The notes: generated from the sequence alone by a model not told the origin. A stretch of DNA of 64,000 bases from Pirellulales bacterium (GCA_963716135.1 OY970289.1:4047744-4111743), one strand, 5' to 3'. Positions 42,882 to 51,648 are shown, numbered from the stretch's first letter. Numbers and translations: made by a program.

Positions 42882-42902
42882 CCGGAGGTCAACGACCTCC
42901 GG
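42882..42902. repeat. REP-like palindrome (copy 4)
   Basis: CCGGAGGTCAACGACCTCCGG. Confidence 0.75.
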
Positions 42903-43123
42903 AGATCAACCGCGTAGCGATCCACCGCCAAATGGTGGTAATCGCCCGCGCAGGCAAGTGCGCAATCACAAACCCTGCTATCTTTTTCGGCCAACCGGGG
43001 TATGCCGCATCAGCCTGGAAAAACGACTTTTCCGCCTGCGGAGACTGTTAGGGCAGGTCGATCCGAGGTGGCGTTGTTAGAATCGGTGAGCAGTGGCCGA
43101 AAATCAGGCGTCGCGGCGTGCCT

Positions 43124-43151
43124 TTGACAGCCATCAAGCAGTCAATAAAAT
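43124..43151 (+). promoter_or_regulatory. sigma70-type promoter candidate for the tRNA-Ile/Ala transcription unit
   Basis: TTGACA (43124-43129), 16-nt spacer, TAAAAT (43146-43151), about 85 nt upstream of tRNA-Ile. Confidence 0.5.
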
Positions 43152-43239
43152 ACGCTATCTTGATTGAGAGGCCTGTGTCCGCGGACTTACTAGCGAACCA
43201 CGTCGCTTCCGCGAAAGTCGATACCTGGCAGGCTCATCG

Positions 43240-43313
43240 GCGCGCATAGCTCAGTTGGTTAGAGCGCCACCCTGATAAGGTGGAGGTCCTTAGTTCGAAT
43301 CTAAGTGCGCGCA
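43240..43313 (+). tRNA. tRNA-Ile (anticodon GAU)
   Basis: GCGCGCA acceptor, GCTCAGTTGGTTAGAGC D-arm, CCACC-CTGATAA-GGTGG anticodon arm, CTTAGTTCGAATCTAAG T-arm, TGCGCGC-A. Confidence 0.9.
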
Positions 43314-43356
43314 CTATTTCGCAGAACCCTAATTCCTGAACTCTGAACCCTTCACC

Positions 43357-43395
43357 GGGGACGTAGCTCAATTGGGAGAGCGCCGGCTTTGCAAG
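43357..43395 (+). pseudogene. tRNA-Ala (UGC) 5' fragment, truncated in or just after the anticodon loop
   Basis: GGGGACGTAGCTCAATTGGGAGAGCGCCGGCTTTGCAAG is a perfect tRNA-Ala 5' half (G3:U70-type acceptor start, anticodon TGC at 43390-43392). The expected 3' stem (CCGG), variable loop and T-arm are absent; the sequence continues GCAAAAACGCCAGTCGG. Confidence 0.7.
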
Positions 43396-44366
43396 GCAAA
43401 AACGCCAGTCGGCATTAGACCGAGGAAACATCGAGAAAAGCCTACGTTTCTCGGCACTTTCTGTGCTTTCGGCCACTCTCACCAATAGGTGTATAACCGT
43501 TCACAAAATGGTGTTTGCGGGTGTCATTGACACCCGCTAAAAAAACTTCGGGCGTATGGGAGATCGTGAACACCCGTCCGCCGCTGAAACTTTGCGCCAT
43601 TGCCCCCAGGATGCACGCCAGCGGCCTCGGTCGATGTTTGACACTTCCAGCCGCAGCGGCCGATAGAGTGCCGCTAACGCGATTTCGTAGAGCAGCACCC
43701 ATTCCGCCGGATACGACCGACCGAGCTCAGCACACGGCCGGAGACGCAGAACGGCCATGGCCACGCTGCTCCCAGTACCTGCAGACCTCGGCTGCTAGCA
43801 CACCCGATCCCTTGGTTCAGTGGCTCAGATGCCCGGGTGACCTCGAGCCGGCCGGAACTTGTTTCCAGAACCGGTACTTCCAACCCGCAGGGCATAGCGG
43901 CATGGGCACCACCACCGTGATGGCTTTATCGTCGGCCTTGAGCACGTGTAGCGCCCGCCGGAGGCAAATCGAAACCCACCGCGAGGGAGTTGGCCGCAGT
44001 AGTGTGGGTTTTGAGTGTGGCCAAACCAGACGCCGAGTCGATCGTGCAGGATCGGCGTAGATGCGGCAGGGCAGCTCATGGCCGATTCAAAGGAGGGACA
44101 AACCGACCGCTTCGGGGCGAATCCCCCCTTGTGTGGATATTTGATGTCAAATAAATCTCTCGCCCTGCCGCGCCGGCTAACTCTGTGGCTGCCGTCACGT
44201 CGATGTGCAGCACCGGTCGCGGATCATTTGAATCGGCTCTCGGCTTCGGCAACTACCAAAGTACTATCCGATCCGCGAGCCGACCCAATGCATTCTGGAC
44301 AGCGATCGCCAGCGCCGCCACCTCGGGAAGTACTCATCGCACGAAGTGCCGCTCAAGAAACGCCGC

Positions 44367-44557
44367 TCAGCGTCTGCCTCGGGTCCTGGTCCGTTCGACT
44401 CGAGCAATCAGCGTGGAGGCGCTGAATACCGAGAGCGTCGCAAATGCGAAACAGGGTGTCGAGCGTTGGCGACTTCTTGTCGTGTTCCATGCGGCTAATG
44501 TAGGTACGATCCCGCGGCGCGTACATTGCGCGCTGTTTGATGGAGGTTTGCTGTCAT
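44367..44557 (-). pseudogene. possible decayed XRE-type HTH regulator
   Basis: [27 protein letters not shown] resembles the recognition-helix region of Cro/C1 HTH proteins. The reading frame is broken across three frames and the N-terminal helices look shortened. Confidence 0.3.
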
Positions 44558-44829
44558 GTCTGGAAATACTGGTGAATGTTGCACGGTTTCGGGTATCTAT
44601 TGCTCCACTGGCACTTCTGACCATTCGGTTGAACGATCCATTCCGAAAAGTCACGAGTTTCTGCCTTCTTCCAGCCTACCGCCGGCAGCGTTAAACTTGA
44701 TCCCGCTGCAGTAAACTTCGGCAGGCGAGCCTCAAGAGTAGTAGGTACTCCTAACGGCTGCTGAAGTACGTCCCGCGCTGCATTGCGCGGGCGGCGAGAA
44801 TTAAACGAGTGACAGCGCGCAAAGCAAAT

Positions 44830-46695
44830 ATGGCGCAGAAGAAATACGACGACCTGAGCAAGGGAGAACTGATTCGCCTGCTCGAAACTCGCGACGGCCG
44901 CGATGCCACTCGATACGGCTTGGTCTGGGAGGCCAACGAGATCGAGCGCGATAAAGCCCTCAATGCCGACTTCGTCGCTCTCGACCTCGACGCCGAATTG
45001 TCCTGTCCCAGGACAGCGTCTGCGTGGAAAAATCTCATCATTGAAGGCGACAACTTCGATGCCCTCCGCTACCTCCGCATGACCTTCGCCGGCAGAGTGA
45101 AGTGCATCCTGATTGATCCGCCGTATAACACGGGCAAAAAGGATTTCATCTTCAATGACCATTTTGTCGGCGAGGATGATTTATGGCGATTCTCGACATG
45201 GTTGGAATTTCTCTATCAACGCCTCATGATTGCCCGCGATCTGCTGCGCGAAGACGGCGTGTTCCTTTGTTTCATCAACGATGAAAATCGCGCCAAGTTG
45301 GAATTGCTGCTTGACGAAGTGTTTAAAGGCCGGCGAATTGGCAGCTTTGTCTGGCGGACAAAGGACTCCGCTAACGATGCTGGCGGCAATCTCAGTCAGG
45401 TGCATGAACATGTGCTCGTTTATGCAAATCCGCTGTTTGCCTTTGCCGGCAAGACTTTGAGTTTGGATGATTATCGCAACCCAGACAACGACCCGGAAGG
45501 ACCCTGGACTCCACAGCCATTGACGAAAGCTGAAACATTTAAGACACGGGAAAATACTTATTATCCCATCCAAAATCCGGATACGGGCTATTGGTACCCG
45601 TGTGATCCTGAGCGTGTGTGGGCCTACGCGACTGAGACGAAACTAAAACCCGGCACGAAACTGCGATCGGACACAATTGAAGATCTAATTCGCAAGAAGG
45701 AAATCTACTTCCCGTTCTGCGGGCCGTCGGACGTAATGCAATGGGACACCCGAGAAGAATTGCTTGAAGCGGTCCGCCGTGGCGATGGCCCCATCCTACC
45801 CAAGAAGAAAACCCCATTGCTGCGGGAGGACTTGCCCGACTTTGATTTCTGGATTGGCAAGCCAATTGCGCCAGGCCGGCCGTCGCGGAAGGATTACTTA
45901 AAGCGGAAACAAAAGCTCGTTGCCCCCGTGAGCAGCTGGATCGCGGGACAAAACGAAGAGGTCGATTTCTTTTATGACGAACTCGATGAGCAACTTGAGT
46001 TGATGCGCTCACCGCGGGGTGGCGAAGGCACGGATGCTGTGAACGCGATACTTGGTACTAAAGCATTCAATCATCCCAAACCTCCCACACTCGTCCGCAA
46101 CCTCCTACGTCAATCAACTGGCCCGAATGATCTTGTCTTAGATTTCTTCGCCGGCAGTGGAACAACAGCGCAGGCCGTGCTGGAACTTAGCAAGTCTGAT
46201 AGTAATGATGGCGAACGGCGATTCATCCTTGTGTCTAATACAGAAGCCACGAAGGACGAGCCGGACAAAAACATCTGCCTGGATGTATGTAGGAAGCGAG
46301 TCGAGAATGTCATCAATGGGTATCGAAATACGCCAGGTGCGGGCGGCGACTTTGCCTACCTCCGCTGCCGGCGGATCGCGCCCGCCATGCTCACCGACAT
46401 CGACCATGCCCAGGTCTGGACGGCGTTGCAACTCACGCACATGCCGATGCTCTCGGTGCTTGATGACGCCAAGCCGCTGGCAATTGCCGATCATGACGAT
46501 CAGCGATTGATCTACATCCCGCATTTCCACGCAAAGGATGCAAGGGCGCTAGCCAAGGCAGTCAAACAAAGCCCAGCGGTCATCGTTTACACCTGGCAAC
46601 CTGATCTGGTGAGGGCCCGACTACGCGAGGCGAACAACGTGCAGGTCGAAGCCGTGCCGGAGAGCTTGGCTCGGCGGTTCGGAATGCGGATTTGA
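44830..46695 (+). CDS. mod: type III restriction-modification methyltransferase (Mod; beta-class N6-adenine/N4-cytosine MTase)
   Basis: Motif IV ILIDPPYNTG precedes motif I VLDFFAGSGTTAQAV, with a large variable domain between them. It is directly followed by a Res-like helicase-nuclease. Confidence 0.85.
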   Translation: MAQKKYDDLSKGELIRLLETRDGRDATRYGLVWEANEIERDKALNADFVALDLDAELSCPRTASAWKNLIIEGDNFDALRYLRMTFAGRVKCILIDPPYNTGKKDFIFNDHFVGEDDLWRFSTWLEFLYQRLMIARDLLREDGVFLCFINDENRAKLELLLDEVFKGRRIGSFVWRTKDSANDAGGNLSQVHEHVLVYANPLFAFAGKTLSLDDYRNPDNDPEGPWTPQPLTKAETFKTRENTYYPIQNPDTGYWYPCDPERVWAYATETKLKPGTKLRSDTIEDLIRKKEIYFPFCGPSDVMQWDTREELLEAVRRGDGPILPKKKTPLLREDLPDFDFWIGKPIAPGRPSRKDYLKRKQKLVAPVSSWIAGQNEEVDFFYDELDEQLELMRSPRGGEGTDAVNAILGTKAFNHPKPPTLVRNLLRQSTGPNDLVLDFFAGSGTTAQAVLELSKSDSNDGERRFILVSNTEATKDEPDKNICLDVCRKRVENVINGYRNTPGAGGDFAYLRCRRIAPAMLTDIDHAQVWTALQLTHMPMLSVLDDAKPLAIADHDDQRLIYIPHFHAKDARALAKAVKQSPAVIVYTWQPDLVRARLREANNVQVEAVPESLARRFGMRI

Positions 46696-46699
46696 ACTC

Positions 46700-49153
46700 A
46701 TGGCGATAATTACCCTCAAACCGTTCCAACAACAGGCCGTCGACAGTGCCATCGCGGTTTTCGACCACATGCGCTCGATTCTCGATACCGCCGGTGCGAA
46801 TGAAGAAAACCGCGCGACAGCGATTTACGACAACGGGTATCTGCTGATCGAAGCCCCCACTGGATCGGGCAAGACGCTGATGGCGGGGAACATCGTGGAG
46901 CGGGTAAGCGCGGCTGACCGCGTCGTCTGGTTCTGGTTTGCACCGTTTAAAGGCGTGGTGGATCAATCCGCCGCGTTTTTGCGAGAGCAGTTTCAAGGGC
47001 TGCGTCTGCGTACGATGATTGAAGACCGTAATCCGATTGGGACGCGCAGTGGGGATGTGTTCGTGACGACATGGGGACTGGTTGCCACCCGGGTGCGCGA
47101 CCGCAGAAGCGTCCGGCAGAGCGGCGAGCTAAATGGGAGCGTGGATGACTTGGTCGTTTCACTCCGCGAGCAGGGATTTCGCATCGGCGTTGTAGTAGAC
47201 GAAGCGCATCACGGATTCCACGGCGACACGCAGGCGGCAGTTTTTCTCCGAACCGTGCTCAAGCCGGAATTCACAATCCTTGTGACCGCCACGCCGGATG
47301 ACGCGGACTTGCGTGACCTTCAAGAACGGATGCAGATCGGCAACATTCACCGTGTAGGTGTGAGCAGAACTGACGCGGTGGGACCGGGACCGGCAGAAGG
47401 TTTGATTAAACGCGGCGTCAAAGTGATCGCGTGGCGGCTAGAAGAAGGATCGGATGCGCTGGTCGATTTCGAAACAACAGCGCTGCGGGACGGGGCGGAA
47501 CTTCACAAATTTCTGAAGGCCGAATTGCGGAGGGCGGGGATCAACTTGACGCCGCTGATGCTGGTGCAGGTCGATTCTAAGCCTAAGTCGGTCGAACGGG
47601 CAAAAGAAAAGTTGGTAGCGCTGGGATTCACCGAATCGCAGATCGCAATACACACGGCGGATGAGCCAGACGCGGGGCTCTTGGCACTGGCGAACGATGA
47701 GACGCGCGAGGTATTGATCTTTAAGATGGCAGTGGCTCTGGGATTCGACGCGCCACGGGCATGGGCGCTGGTCTCAATGCGAGCCGCGCAGGACGAGGAC
47801 TTTGGCGTGCAATTGGTAGGACGCATCCTTCGCGTGCATCGCCGACTGCAAGGAAAGGTCGTACCCGACGTATTGCGATACGGATATGTGTTGCTCGCAG
47901 ATATCGCCGCGCAAGGCGGACTCGATGCCGCCGGGCAGCGGATCAACCGCATGCGAACGCAGTACGCTACAGTTAGCCCGACAACGATTATCGTGCATGC
48001 GAGCGGACAGAATCTGGTGCAGTCGGTCAATGCGGGCGGACAACTCGTTTTTAACCCTACTCCGCCTGCAGGTGCGCTCTTCACGCCACCACCCACTCCG
48101 GTACCTGATTCAGAAGGCAATGTTGACCCAGCGCAAATGATGCTTTGGCAGACCTCGTGGGCTCCGACGGAGATGAGGGACACGTTGCGGGCGGCGCTGG
48201 TCTCGCCGCCGCCGGTGCTGGGGCAGTATTCGTACAGTCTGCGAGACGGCGTGCCGCGGAAGTTCAAGACTCAGGAATTTCCGGAGGATTGCGAGATTAC
48301 TGAAGAGGAATGCGCCGAGCACTTTGTTGTGGGAGCTGAAAAACTTCTCGCGGCTATACTCGGCAGCGACTCGGTGCGCGTGCAAAAGAAAACGATTGAG
48401 ATCTTCACGCAGCAAATCCAACTAGAGTTCAGCTACGCCCCCCCATCGCTGGAAGAAATGCAACGACGAGCGCTGAAGGCGTTGGTGAGTTGCGGTATGT
48501 TTAGCGCCAAAGAACTTCGCCGGGCCCTGGCGAATCGTCTATATCAGTTGCTCGCTGCCAAGGGTGTGGAAGATGCGAACGACCGGGATCGGGTATACCA
48601 ATATCTTGATGTGCTGCTGTCGCAGTATCCTCAATTGCTACGAGATGCGCAACGAGCGGCCCTGGCAGCAAAGGCCGAGGTCTTTGAAGCTGCTGAGTTG
48701 CCTGCGAATATCGAATCGCAAACACCCCTCTCGCCCTCTCCGCTTAATATCTATGGTATCTACCCGTCCAGCCTGAACTCTTGGGAGCGTCCGTTCGCCG
48801 AGTATCTCGATGCAGATGACACAAATACTGTCCTGTGGTGGCACCGCAACCTGCCGCACAAGGAGTGGTCCATAAATGTGCTGCTGGAATCGGGACGCGG
48901 ATTCTTCCCAGACTTCATCGTTGGCATCAATGATCGGCCGCGTGAAGACGGAGGATTGCTTGCCGACACAAAGTACGCTTACGAGACCGCAAGGGAGCTT
49001 CCGAAACTGCTGGCAGAGCACGCTGCGTATGGTCGCGTAGTGATCGTCACGAAAGACACGGCCCAAAGGTGGGTAGTCGCTGAGCGAGACCCGCATACGG
49101 GCGCGGGCCGAATAGGAAAGCCCTTTCGTATCTCTGATGCCGCGAGGTATTGA
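46700..49153 (+). CDS. res: type III restriction enzyme Res subunit (SF2 helicase plus PD-(D/E)xK nuclease)
   Basis: Motif I LIEAPTGSGKT, motif II VVVDEAHHG, and the C-terminal FPDFIV...LLADTKY nuclease-like motif. The start is 4 nt after the mod stop. Confidence 0.85.
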   Translation: MAIITLKPFQQQAVDSAIAVFDHMRSILDTAGANEENRATAIYDNGYLLIEAPTGSGKTLMAGNIVERVSAADRVVWFWFAPFKGVVDQSAAFLREQFQGLRLRTMIEDRNPIGTRSGDVFVTTWGLVATRVRDRRSVRQSGELNGSVDDLVVSLREQGFRIGVVVDEAHHGFHGDTQAAVFLRTVLKPEFTILVTATPDDADLRDLQERMQIGNIHRVGVSRTDAVGPGPAEGLIKRGVKVIAWRLEEGSDALVDFETTALRDGAELHKFLKAELRRAGINLTPLMLVQVDSKPKSVERAKEKLVALGFTESQIAIHTADEPDAGLLALANDETREVLIFKMAVALGFDAPRAWALVSMRAAQDEDFGVQLVGRILRVHRRLQGKVVPDVLRYGYVLLADIAAQGGLDAAGQRINRMRTQYATVSPTTIIVHASGQNLVQSVNAGGQLVFNPTPPAGALFTPPPTPVPDSEGNVDPAQMMLWQTSWAPTEMRDTLRAALVSPPPVLGQYSYSLRDGVPRKFKTQEFPEDCEITEEECAEHFVVGAEKLLAAILGSDSVRVQKKTIEIFTQQIQLEFSYAPPSLEEMQRRALKALVSCGMFSAKELRRALANRLYQLLAAKGVEDANDRDRVYQYLDVLLSQYPQLLRDAQRAALAAKAEVFEAAELPANIESQTPLSPSPLNIYGIYPSSLNSWERPFAEYLDADDTNTVLWWHRNLPHKEWSINVLLESGRGFFPDFIVGINDRPREDGGLLADTKYAYETARELPKLLAEHAAYGRVVIVTKDTAQRWVVAERDPHTGAGRIGKPFRISDAARY

Positions 49154-49539
49154 TGCATTTGATAGACTAATACTTGGACTAGGGTGCAGTCGGGGGCACT
49201 GTCCGCCTTGAGAGTACTAACACAGCGTTTGCAGATCCGGGCACTCTCCCACCAAAAGCGCACACCTGATTGTACCCCTTCGGCCCGAAGCGCGCCATCC
49301 GTAGGGTAGTGGTGGTCAGTCCACTCCTGAGAATTTTTGGTTCCCCGTCGCTTACGAAAATCCAGCAACAACCCGCTCGCTAACGCAATCGTAGCGCAAA
49401 TGTCCCAAGAGAGATAATACGGCCAGCGTGAATGCGGATCGGCAACAATTCGCATCAGGTCAGCTACCAACGGGAACACTACCACTGCACTGACAGCCAT
49501 TCCGCCTAAAGCATTGATCAGAAACCAAGGGATATTCAT
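48979..49539 (-). CDS. hypothetical membrane protein (3' extent doubtful)
   Basis: MNIPWFLINALGGMAVSAVVVFPLVADL... has 2-3 TM helices. The listed ORF overlaps the res 3' end by about 175 nt, so the real stop may be hidden by an indel, or the ORF may be spurious. Confidence 0.3.
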   Translation of the reverse strand: MNIPWFLINALGGMAVSAVVVFPLVADLMRIVADPHSRWPYYLSWDICATIALASGLLLDFRKRRGTKNSQEWTDHHYPTDGALRAEGVQSGVRFWWESARICKRCVSTLKADSAPDCTLVQVLVYQMHQYLAASEIRKGFPIRPAPVCGSRSATTHLWAVSFVTITTRPYAACSASSFGSSLAVS

Positions 49540-49563
49540 GGCGGAATTGTACCCGATTCGCCT

Positions 49564-50141
49564 ATGGAAGCATTCACAGCCCTACGCACGAAAGTGCGCG
49601 AGAAGCGGACCGGGCCATTAACGAGGCCAAAGACGACTACGCGGCCACGCTGACGCGGATCGCGGCGCTAGAGCAAGACCTGTTAGGGCGCGACCTATCG
49701 ACGCATAAGAGCATCGCCAGTTGCATCGAGCGCGTGATTCCCGCCGACAGGCAATTCACCACCGTTGACGTACTGGCAAGCCTAGAGGCATTCGACCCGC
49801 GCGGCAACTGGCGGAAGCGCAGCATCGACCACCATGTCTCCCGGCTACGAGCGCGGGGCCTGGTGAAGCGATTGAGCAAGGCTAAGGGGACCGGCGAACC
49901 GGCCATCTACGTTCGTGCTGGTGCGGCGGTAGAACCGTTCCCGTTCGACGATCAAACGATGATGGAAGTCCCCCGCGAAGTGCTGGGCGACAAGCGGATG
50001 ACGATGACTGAACTGGCTGTGGCGATGCTGGAAGCGGGCTATCGAACCACGATGAAACCGAAGGCGTTGCGGACGGCGCTGGGGTGGCTATGCGGAAAAA
50101 CCCGACTGATATCCGGCCAGAGGTCGGAAAATGGGCATTAA
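49564..50141 (+). CDS. hypothetical coiled-coil plus winged-helix-like protein, apparent 1-nt frameshift near 49607
   Basis: MEAFTALRTKVREKR joins to DRAINEAKDDYAATLTRIAALEQDL... (ORF 49734..50141 frame). HHVSRLRARGLVKRL resembles a wHTH recognition helix. Confidence 0.45.
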
Positions 50142-50162
50142 AACTAAACCAAAAAAACCAGG

Positions 50163-50530
50163 TTGACTATTTTGCAGCTTTCGGCTTAGGCTGAATCCGC
50201 AAACGGTATGGTCCGAACAACTCGAATTAAATTGCCGCAAGGCAGATTTAGCCCGTTCCGCCGTACCGTTTGCAGGTGACGTGGGGAACGGGTTTTTTGT
50301 TATTGGAACGTAAGCCGACGGAAGGCGGCGTGCGAACCATTGGCTTTTTGGTGGGAAAGCCCGCGCGATCTCTGCGGAGATGGTGCGGGCTTTTTTATTG
50401 GACATTGCGGACCGAGGGAACAGCAATGAGAAGACCAGTAAAGCGCTACTGATGCCGTTGCCGGTCGGTAGGGCGCAAAAAGAGCCCGGTGAGCGTTTGT
50501 TGTTTAGCGATAGTACAACGCTCACCGGGC
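50163..50530 (+). ncRNA. promoter-like element followed by three strong hairpins, two with U-tracts (candidate small RNAs or leader upstream of tRNA-like gene A)
   Basis: TTGACT (50163)-18 nt-TAGGCT. Long stem GCAAACGGTA/TACCGTTTGC enclosing a TGCC-GCAA-GGCA tetraloop hairpin. Terminators CCCGTTCC...GGAACGGGTTTTTT (about 50252-50298) and AGCCCGCGCGATCTC-TGCG-GAGATGGTGCGGGCTTTTTT (about 50358-50396). A perfect 15-bp hairpin AGCCCGGTGAGCGTT/AACGCTCACCGGGCT lies at about 50483-50530. Confidence 0.4.
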
Positions 50531-50545
50531 TAGGCGATACTACTC

Positions 50546-50636
50546 GGAAGGTGGTCCGCGTCTTGGTGGCGCAGCGGTCTTTAAAACCGCTGGAGGACCC
50601 GGTTTACACCGGCGGGTTTGATTCCCACGCCTTCCG
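50546..50636 (+). tRNA. non-canonical class II (long variable arm) tRNA-like gene, apparent anticodon UUA (would read the UAA stop), 8-bp acceptor stem; allo-tRNA/tRNA-Sec-like architecture
   Basis: By-eye fold: acceptor GGAAGGTG/CGCCTTCC (8 bp), anticodon stem CAGCGGT/ACCGCTG with 7-nt loop CTTTAAA, variable arm CCGG-TTTACA-CCGG, T-arm GGG-TTTGATT-CCC, discriminator G, then a T-run. Not verified with tRNAscan-SE. Confidence 0.55.
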
Positions 50637-50714
50637 TTTTTGCAGTTTAGGGCAAAATTACAGAAAACGCCAGTGAAATTACGAAACTAATTCTTTTTGC
50701 AATCGGTGCGCCCG

Positions 50715-51338
50715 ATGCTTGCATTTGTTGACGAATCCGGTGACCTAGGGATGAAGCTAGAATCTGGCTCGTCGGATTACTTCGGCGTGATCGCCGTATG
50801 GTTTCCTGACAAGGACGAGGCCCAGCGGTGCGACGATGCTATCGCCGCGTTGCGGACGAAAATACCGGTTCTCAAAACTGAATTTCATTTCACCAAGCTC
50901 AAGCACTACCACCGTGAGCAGTTTTTCGATTTGGTCAAAGGTTTTGATTTCCAGTATTTTGGTGTCTATTTGGATAAGCGCAAAATGGCCGAGAAGTCGC
51001 TCGGCTTCCCAAGGCCGTTCACCCACATGGCCGTGCAGTACCTATTCGCCGGCATGGCCGACAAGTTATCCGATGTGATTATCACAATCGACGAAACGGG
51101 CAGCAGCGAGTTTCGCAAGGCACTGGCGAAAGACTTGCCGAAGGCCGTCAACGGCAACGGGAATCCTCGCGCGATCAAGAAGGTAAAGTGCGCACGATCT
51201 AATGGTAACAATCTGCTGCAAATGGCCGATATGGTGTGCGGCGCCGTGTGCCGATCGATAGGAAAAAAACAACCACACCCGGACGCTTACCGTGAGATGA
51301 TTCATCACAAAGAATTGATCGTGACGATCTTGCCATAG
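50715..51338 (+). CDS. DUF3800 domain protein
   Basis: N-terminal MLAFVDESGD motif and C-terminal NNLLQMADMVCGAV motif are typical of DUF3800. About 207 aa. Confidence 0.7.
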   Translation: MLAFVDESGDLGMKLESGSSDYFGVIAVWFPDKDEAQRCDDAIAALRTKIPVLKTEFHFTKLKHYHREQFFDLVKGFDFQYFGVYLDKRKMAEKSLGFPRPFTHMAVQYLFAGMADKLSDVIITIDETGSSEFRKALAKDLPKAVNGNGNPRAIKKVKCARSNGNNLLQMADMVCGAVCRSIGKKQPHPDAYREMIHHKELIVTILP

Positions 51339-51648
51339 GCGCATAAAAAACCCGCAGCCTATCCCTTTCGGGCACGCACGCCAGTACGGCGACAGTTCGG
51401 CTACGGGCCAATTACATCTATAGAATATCGTCTAGGCTCGCTGAGTCAACTCAAGAAAACCCGTGTTTTTTCTGGTTTTCACAGAAACATCGTCCCGCCA
51501 GCACCTTAGGATGCCCTCGTTCTTTTGGCGGTCAAAGCGACAGTCGGGCGGTTGCGAGAGACCCATGCTTGCAGGACGCGGTCTTGGCCCGTATGTAAGT
51601 CACAGCCCCACCCACTGACAGCGCAGCATAGCGGACCTCTCGCTACTC

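Noticed and set aside
300-43000. Dozens of listed ORFs antisense to or overlapping the annotated genes (e.g. 193..1065, 408..767, 1716..2576, 2597..3433, 7969..9024, 13581..14186, 19538..20293, 32036..33064, 38683..39978, 40614..41864).
   Set aside because: Their translations are Arg/Gly/Pro/Ala-rich low-complexity strings, typical of off-frame reading in GC-rich DNA. Each one overlaps a frame with clear family motifs.
43935-43975. Sequence CGCCGGAGGCAAATCGAAACCCACC resembling a tRNA 3' half or T-loop.
   Set aside because: No complementary T-stem or acceptor strand exists on either strand. The resemblance is by chance.
43440-44080. Possible tyrosine-integrase remnant on the minus strand next to the broken tRNA-Ala (e.g. 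WVLLYEIALAALYRPLRLEVSNIDRG, reminiscent of the TG.R.sE...L.w.DiD box).
   Set aside because: The similarity is weak and spread over three frames. No R..H..R..Y catalytic residues could be lined up. It cannot be supported without a profile search, so it is mentioned only as context for the island boundary.
44556-44714. 52-aa plus-strand ORF MSGNTGECCTVSGIYCSTGTSDHSVERSIPKSHEFLPSS..., reminiscent of small zinc-ribbon 'GxY.C..CG' proteins.
   Set aside because: The second Cys pair is missing and the ORF sits in a region of decayed sequence. Evidence is insufficient to call it.
43395-44800. Group I intron interrupting the tRNA-Ala anticodon loop.
   Set aside because: No 3' exon (anticodon-stem complement, T-arm GGTTCGA, acceptor 3' strand) is found downstream in the window. 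No obvious P-helix organisation was seen either.
50427-50453. 8-codon mini-ORF (MRRPVKRY) with an RBS upstream of tRNA-like gene A, considered as a leader peptide.
   Set aside because: It is too short to evaluate. It is kept only as a note inside the structured-RNA finding.
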